Both the position numbers and the translations under genes were made by a program. Positions 57,179-64,000 of a stretch of 64,000 bases of DNA are shown here, one piece after another. Origin of the DNA: Cyanophora paradoxa CCMP329 (taxonomy: Eukaryota; Plantae; Glaucophyta); contig QPMI01000090.1 in NCBI GenBank assembly GCA_004431415.1, positions 95,560 through 159,559 of the forward strand. The letters are read 5' to 3'. Numbering within the stretch: the first letter of the stretch is position 1; each line of letters starts with the position of its first letter. Below the pieces are notes generated by a model, which did no database searches, was not told where the DNA came from, and saw only the letters and a program-made list of their open reading frames with translations.

Positions 57179-59625
57179 ATGGTTGAAGGAGATGCCGCCG
57201 CCAAGGCTCGAAAGCCTGGTGAGAACGCGGCCGTTAAGCCCAACGAGAATGCGGGCCTTCTGGCGCGGATCGTCGGCCGCGCGAAGCAGGCGGACGCGCT
57301 CTCCGTCAAGCTGGCGGTCTCGGGCGTGCTCATCGCGATCCTCTTCACAACTCTCACAGATATGGACTGGGACACGACGCCGCCGCTCGACACGTCCGGT
57401 CCGCCGCCTGCAATTCGATCCCGCGCGTCGACCCACCCGCCGAAACGCAGTGGACCTGCCGGACCTGATGAAGTGGCTCCGCGACAACGGCGCGTCCGTG
57501 AAGAAGGTCGGCGTGCACGACTTCGGCGGAGAGCGCGGGCGTGGGCTCATGGCAACCCGCAACATCAAGGCGAGCCCGAGCGGCCGCCGCGCCGGCGCCG
57601 CGTAGCTAAGGGCGCCGCGCAGGCGGGAGACATCGTTCTGGAGATCCCGTCCACGCTGCACCTCAACTGCCACAGCCGGGGCGGGGAGGCCTTCAAGGAC
57701 CTCATCCCGGACTGGGTGCCGGCGCCGGACTGGTGGTGCATCGTGCTGCGCCTGCTCGCCGAGCGCGCGAACGAGACGTCCTTCTGGGCCCCCTACATCT
57801 GTGCGCCCGCCGGCCGGCCTGCCCGGCCCGCCCGCCCCGCACGCCCGCCCCGCGGACCGGGGCCGAGGGCGGCTGGCAGGGACGCTGCCGGCGCGCGTGA
57901 ACTCGCTGTGGACGTGGACGGAGGCCGAGATCGCCGAGCTGCAGCTCCCGCTCGTTGCCGGCGCGCCGCCCCGCCCCGCCCGCTCGCCCCGCCGCCCCCG
58001 GCCCCGCCCCTGGCCCCGCCGCCCCCGCCCGTCCGAGGCCGGCGGCGGGACAGCGCGGGTGAAGCGGAAGCTGGAGACGCTGGGCCGATTTTACGAGGAA
58101 GTCATCAAGCCGAACGTGAAGGCGCGGCCCCGCCCGGAGCGCGGGCGGGGGTGCCGGCGCGGGGCGGAAGCCGGGGCGAGCGGGCGGCAGGGCGCGACGG
58201 AGCGGGAGGCGCTGTGGGCGGCGTCGATCGTGGACTCGCGCACGTGGGGCGCCCTCGGCCTCGTACCCCTCGCCGACATGCCCAACCACGACGCCTCCCG
58301 CGTCCGCCCCGCCCCGCCCCCTCCGCCCCGCCCCGGGGGCCGAGCGCGGGCCGAGGGCGGGCGGGGCGGGCGGGGCGCAGGGCTCGCCGCTGGAGTCGAA
58401 GTACGGGGGCATGTGGCGGCGCAGCGCGGCGGAGAAGGCCAGCCTCGTCGCCCGCCGCGACTGGGCCCCGGCGACGAGGCGCGGCCGCCACCCCCCCCCC
58501 CCCCCCCGCCCCCCCCCCCCCCCCCCCCCTTTCCCCCTCCCCGCCCGGCGGTCTGAGCCGGGCGGGCGCAGGTGGTGGTGGCGTACAGCGCGCAGAAGAG
58601 CGGCGCCGAGTTCCTCGAGAGCTACGGCTTCGTGCCCTCCCTCGAGCAGGTCCCGCCCCCGCGCCCGGGCCCGGGCCGGCCTCCCCCGCCCCATCTCACG
58701 CGGAGGCCAGGACGCGGTCGAGTACTTCACGCTCCTGGTGCGCACGGGGCTCCGCAGGGGGCCGCGCCCCGGCGAGCCGCCCGGCGCAGGACCCGGCGGC
58801 GCTGGAGAACGGGGACGCGCTGCTGGCGGCGCTGGCGGCCCGCGACGTCGGCGAGGCGACCCGGACCGGAATGAGGCGCCCCGCCCCGCCCCGCCCCGCC
58901 CGCCCGCCCGGCCCCGCCCCCCGACCCGCGCCCCGCAGGAAGATCCGCGTGCTCCTGCGCCTCGGAGACGTACCCCACCAGCTCCTGCAGGTGCGGGGGG
59001 CGCACGTCTTCTTCGGCGCCCGCCCCGCCGACCCGGCGTCGACGCGCCCCCGCCGGCCGCAGTTCGCGCGGGCGGCCTCGCCGGGCGGCCTCAGCCCGCC
59101 CCCGAAGGGCGAGCGGCCCCCCGAGGGCTACCTCCACCAGGCGCGCCCCATCCCCCCCCTCCCTCCCTCTTCCCCCGTCAAAGCTTGACCGTACCCCTGC
59201 AGGAGGGCTTCATCTCGCGGGAGAACGAGCGCCTCGCGCTCCGCGCCATCAAGAGCACCGTCCAGGCGAGCCCCGCCCGGGTCCCTACCCCCCGCGCCGC
59301 ACTGACCCCGTAGCCCCGCAGCGGCTGCTGGACGCGTTCCCGGAGGACGCGGCGGCGGACCGGGCGCTCCTGGAGCAGGTTCGAGTCCGGGCGGAACGCT
59401 TTGCGTGCGCGCGGGGGTTTGAGGCGGGGCGCAGGGCGGCCTCGCCGGCAACCGGCGGCTGGCGGTGCGGGCGCGCCTGCAGGTCAAGGAGATCTGCGCG
59501 AGGTGCCCCCCGCCCGCCCGCCGGCCCTCGGGGGGCCCCGGGGGGCCATGGGGCGACTCCGGGGGGGCGGGGGCAGCGTGGTGCGGAGGGTGCACGAGCT
59601 CCTCTCCATGGTCGCCGCCGACTAG
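57179..59625 (+). CDS. Rubisco-LSMT/SETD3-type SET-domain methyltransferase with N-terminal hydrophobic anchor
   Basis: WLRDNG, GRGLMATRNIKAGDIVLEIP, LLAER...SFWAPYI..LP, WAASIVDSR, LVPLADMPNH, YGFV, and a substrate-binding-domain-like ISRENERLAL. Hydrophobic segment LAVSGVLIAILFTTL lies near the N-terminus. Confidence 0.88.
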
Positions 59626-59970
59626 CCGCCCCCCCCCCCCCCCCCCCGCGCGCCGCCGCGCCCCCGCGCCCTTGTGCGAATCGAAGAGCAGCAGAGCGAC
59701 GCGAGCAGCAGACGCCGGCATGGGCACGACCGTCGATGGAGAGATCGGACTCGATGGCAGGAGATGGAGGGCTTCAAATTTGCGGGCGACGGCCCAGCCG
59801 GCAGGCCGTGATCATGACGAATTCAAATTTGCGGGTGGGGACTTCGCATTGACGGCCACCTTCGAAAGCTTTCACCGAGCCAGCTAGTGTAATTGCACGA
59901 AACTGCACAGTGTATGCATGACCCTGGGCCAGGCTCTGAGACTAGATGGGGGGGCGGGGGCTGGTGGCGC

Positions 59971-62900
59971 CTAGTGGGCGTGCATCTTGGGGCGGGCGGC
60001 GGCCTCCTCGCGCTGCCTCCTCGAGCCGACGACGATGGCGCCCACCTGCCCTTCCCGTCAGCAACCAGTGACTCCCGCCCCCGCGCGCGTCTCCGGCCTC
60101 CAGCGCGGCGGCGCGGCGCGCACCGTCGCCGCGCAGACGAGCAGCACGATGACGATCGCGAGCCTGCGAGGCCGGTTGGAGAGGGAGTGGGCCGCGCGGG
60201 AGGCGCCGATGGGCGGCAGGAAAGGGGGGGCGGGGGCGGACAGGATCTGGCCCGTGTCGCCGGCCTCGGGGTCGGCGTAGCAGTGGAGGAAGGGGTGCAG
60301 GCCCCTCGAGGCCCCCTGCCTGGAGCGTCGGCGAGCGGCTCTGGGGGCGCCGGGGCCCGGGGCCCGGGGCGGGGGCGGGGCGGCGGGGACCTTGAGGGCG
60401 GCGTGGAGGGCGCGGAGCTCGTGGCGGGCGGAGCGGGCGTAGTAGAGGGTCGTGTTGAAGTTGAAGAGCGCCAGCGAGGCCGCCGCCCGGTGCATCTGCC
60501 CGCCCCGCGTCTAGCCGGAGGCGGAGGCGGGGGCCGGGGGCAGGGGCGGGGGGGGCGGCGGGCCTTGTGGAGGAGGACGTTCCAGCGGCGGACGAAGAGG
60601 GCGTGGGCCTCCCCCCGCAGCACCTCCCCCTCCTCCGCCCTGAACCGCTGCGCCCCGCTCGAGCCGACCCGAGGGCAGGCGGGGCGGGGCGGGCGGGGGG
60701 GGGGGGGGGGGGGGGGGGCGGCGGGGGGGGGGGGGGGGGGGGGGGGCGGGCGGGGCGGGCCATGAAGTGGGCGGCGAGGTGGCGGAGGCGGCGACGTCGT
60801 AGAGGAGCTCGCCGAGCACCGCGTGCCGCCCCGCCGCGTCCCGCACCGCGAAGCTCAGCGAGGCCGGCCGCAGCGCGCACAGGCCCCGAAGGGCGTGTGC
60901 CCCGTGCACGCGCTGAATGCCCACTCGTCCACCGTCTCGTTGTGCAGCGCCGACCAGTGCTGATGCCTGCCCCCCCCGCCTCAGGCGCCGGGGGCGGGGC
61001 GTGCGGGGCGGGCGGGGCGGGGCGGACGTGGGGGCGACGGCCCAGGCGGCCTGGAGGAGGGCCCCAGCAGCGCCCGCGTCGCGTCGCTCGGTCGAACACC
61101 GCCCGCTCCCCGCCGCACCTGCCCCGCCCGCCCCGCCCGTCGGGCCGGGCAGGGGGGCCGGCGGGGCGGCGGGGCGGCTCACACGAGGTCGACCGAGGCG
61201 AGGCCCGAGCGCGTCTGCACCGCCACCGCCACGCCCCCGGCCGTCCCCACCGCCTGCCCCCGCGCCCTCGGCGCAGGTAGGCGGGAGGCGGGAGGGCAGG
61301 GGTCGGGCGGGCCTGGTGGAAGCGGTCGAGGAGCAGGAGGTCGGGCGTCTGCAGGTCGTACACGAACGCCCGCACCACCCGCTGCGCGTCCCACGCGCCC
61401 CCGCCGTCGCCCCGGACCGTCGGGGACAAGGGGGGTGGGGAGACGGACCTCCTCCTGGGCGGCGGGGTACTCGCCCTCCCCGCCCCGCCGTGGTCGTGCC
61501 CGTGGCTGCGGCCCGCCCCGTCACGCGGCGCGCTGCGGGCGCCGGCCGCCCGAGCTCGCACCTGTCGTCCTCGACGAAGCGCCAGTGGCCGCGGGCGCCG
61601 GCGCCGCGCTCCGCCGGCCGCGCGGGAGCTGCCGGCGCGCCCGTGAGGGCGCCTCTCCGACGCGGGGGCCGCGGGGGCGCACCGAAGGCCTCCGAGAGGC
61701 GGGCGGCGAGGACGGTCGAGTCGAGGTACTCGTGCACGTGCGCCTGCGCGCGGGGCTCGGTCGGGGGGAGGCTGGCCTAGTCCGCCCCTGCGGGGGTGCG
61801 AGAAAGCGGACCTTGAGGCCGCCCTGGAGGACGGTGCTCGTGTGGCTCTGCGCAGGCGCCGCCGGCGGCGTGGGAGGGGCGGGGCGGCGGGGCGGCGGGG
61901 TGCGGGCGGGGCGGACGCGGCGGGCGAGGTGGAGGGCGGCGGAGCAGGCGGGGCACTCCGCGAAGTCGGTGTCCGCGCGCTCGAAGGCCACCTCCTGCCC
62001 CGCCAGCCGCAGCGGCTCCAGCAGCGCCCGCACCCCCTCCCAGTCCGGCTTCCCCGGGGAAGAGGCGGAGGAGGAGGAGGGGGCGTCGCGCCAGGCGGGG
62101 GACTCGTGGACGACGGTGAGGAGGAGGCGGAGGCGCGAGGCGTGCGGGGGCGGCGCGTGGCGGGCCGGCGGGGCGAAGAGGTGCCGCACGGCGCGGGAGA
62201 CGAAGGCGGCGGCCTCGGCCATGAAGGGGGCGGCGCTGAGGCGGGGCGCCGCGGGGCCGGCCGTGCCCTTGGCGGGGCGGGAGAGGAAGCGCCCGAGGTG
62301 GGGCACGGAGAAACGGGAGGCGAAGCCGTCGCCCGAGGCGTGGGGCCCGCTGGAGGGGGAGGGCACGGAGACGTCCACCCAGGCCACGCGCGCCCGCCAA
62401 TCCGCCGAGACGCCCACCGCCGACGGGCACCGCGTCAGCGACCGCGCCCCCGCCGCCGCGTCGATCTGCGAGGCGCCGGTCCGTCGGGGGGGCGGCGGCG
62501 GGCACGCTGGGCGGGGGTACAGGCCACCTCGTCATCGTGGAGGTAGTAGTGCGGCTCCTCCCCCTCCACCGCCGCCGCGGCCTGGGGGTACAGCTCGGGC
62601 GCGGGGAGTGGGGGTGGGAAGCGCGCTCGAGGGGCGCGCACCTCGGCGCCGTGCTCCGTGGGGGAGGGCGGGTTCAGGATGTAGAGCGCGTACCCCGTCA
62701 GGGACGCCTCCCGGTAGTCGCTGCGGGGGGCGTGAGGGGATTTTCTATGTGGAGGAAGAGGGGGTACAGCGCGCCGGGAGATGATCTCCTGGACGGCCGA
62801 GGCGCGTATGGCGCGGCGCCCGTCGCGCTGCGCCGGCGCGGCGTCGGCGGGGAGCGGCGCGGCGCGGGAGGGGTACGGGCGCACAGCGGCGTCGCTGAGG

Positions 62901-63793
62901 ATCGCTCCGAGGGATGAGGCGACCCCGCGGCCCGCCTTCGAGACGTGGTACACCACCTGGGGGTACGAGGCGCTCGAGGGGGGCTCCAGGCGGGCCCAGA
63001 GCGGGCGGGTGGGAGGCCGCCGACCTTGTACCGGATCGGAAGGAGGTGTTCGGAGCCCTCCTGCGCCCACCCGGCGCTCAGAAACGTGGCGAAGAAAGGG
63101 CGCGCGCGGGGTTCGAACCTGGGGCTCCAGGACGGCCGCGTCCAGGTCGCTGGCGGCCGCCTCGAGGTACTTGAGGAGGTCCGCCTGTGCGCGGCGTGAG
63201 GCGGGGCGGGCGCGGCAGGAAAGCGGGCAAGCACGCCTCGCGGATGCTGGCGCCGTAGTTACTGTCCCCGTCGAACCCGACGAGGCGCACGTCGACCGGC
63301 ACGCCGACCTGCGAGCGCGTCAGCGACGCGCGGCGGCGTGCGCGGCCCGCGCGCTGCGCCCGCTCGCCTCCAGCGGTTCCAGTGCGGCCTTGTACCGATC
63401 CGAGAGCGGCACATCCTCGTTGTACGACCAGAGCGTCTGCGCGGAGGCGCGGCGGCGTCAGCAGCGTCAGCAGGCATTCGGGGGCGAGGCGGGCGCGAGT
63501 GGCACCTCTTGATCGTCGCGGGAGAGACGCGCGAACGAGTCGAGCTCTCCGAGCGGGTCTGCGTCCGCGTCGGGCAGCGCGAGCCGAGCGGTCGGTCAGG
63601 CTGAGGGCGCACCTCGGGCGGCGTCCAGCAGCAGCAGATCCGCCGAAGGGTTGACGCCGTTCTGCGCGCTAACGCTCAGCGCCCGCGACGCAGCCGCTGG
63701 CCCGCGCGACGCGGGCACCTTTGCGCCCGCCGCTGTCAGCAGGACGAGCAGCAGGAGCGTGGCAGCCCACGCTCCTCGAGCCATGACGGCCAT
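59971..63793 (-). CDS. Conserved uncharacterised type I membrane protein (At4g16180/At3g28720-like)
   Basis: Signal peptide MARGAWAATLLLLVLLTAAGA; VPVDVRLVGFDG; EYLDS; AFVYDL...LLLLDRFHQAV; LLQAAW.VAPTH..WS; GHTPFG; SLSFAVRDAA.R; RRWNVLLHK; C-terminal TM LAIVIVLLVCAATVGAIVV followed by a short tail. Confidence 0.75.
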
Positions 63794-64000
63794 TCCTCTG
63801 CGCCGACGCTTCTCCAGTGGCCTCCGTTAGCGCGCCAGCGACCTCATTCGCTTTCGTCGAGTGGTACCCCCCGTTGCGAGAGAGCGCGCGCTAAGCGAAC
63901 GCGAACCGCGCGATGCAGCGCGCTAGTGAATATCGAAATGCGTCGAATGACCGTTTGCCGTCGCGCCGTGCTCGCTAGGCCGCGCGCCCGCGGGCGGCGG

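Noticed and set aside
1-64000. tRNA, rRNA or transposase/reverse-transcriptase genes
   Set aside because: None was recognisable by eye. A tRNAscan-SE, Rfam or RepeatMasker run would be needed to exclude small or degenerate ones.

Overview
This is GC-rich, gene-dense eukaryotic nuclear DNA with many short (mostly 50-100 nt) spliceosomal introns, so the six-frame ORF track is largely misleading and I rebuilt the genes exon by exon by hand. A nuclear ycf54 with an MAFV... plastid presequence and an intron-containing RlpA-LysM gene point to a glaucophyte such as Cyanophora (inference). I can support 19 protein-coding genes: MFSD12-like transporter (partial), SLC13/TrkA-C permease, GT-A glycosyltransferase, CANT1-type apyrase, Tubby protein, IMPACT, S1/P1 nuclease, GtrA-family protein, Ycf54, FHA coiled-coil protein, RlpA-2xLysM, myosin-IQ-tandem BRCT, CHUP1-like protein, a hypothetical protein, STN7/STN8-family kinase, F-box/LRR protein, a very large sirtuin, an LSMT-type SET protein and an At4g16180-like membrane protein. 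Most sit in tight head-to-head pairs. The top leads are: (1) a myosin ending in a BRCA1/MCPH1-type tandem BRCT, transcribed divergently 146 bp from a polyproline plus CHUP1-C putative actin nucleator; (2) one S1/P1 nuclease gene with two paralogous, mutually exclusive 3' ends predicting membrane-anchored and secreted isoforms; (3) an RlpA-LysM peptidoglycan enzyme with no visible targeting peptide; (4) a ~9.7 kb RS/coiled-coil/AT-hook/sirtuin gene; (5) frequent GC-AG introns with C-rich 5' and G-rich 3' ends; (6) palindrome-saturated intergenic islands. Several single-base frameshifts in G/C runs look like assembly errors, which limits exact gene models. All homology calls are from motif recognition; no searches were run.
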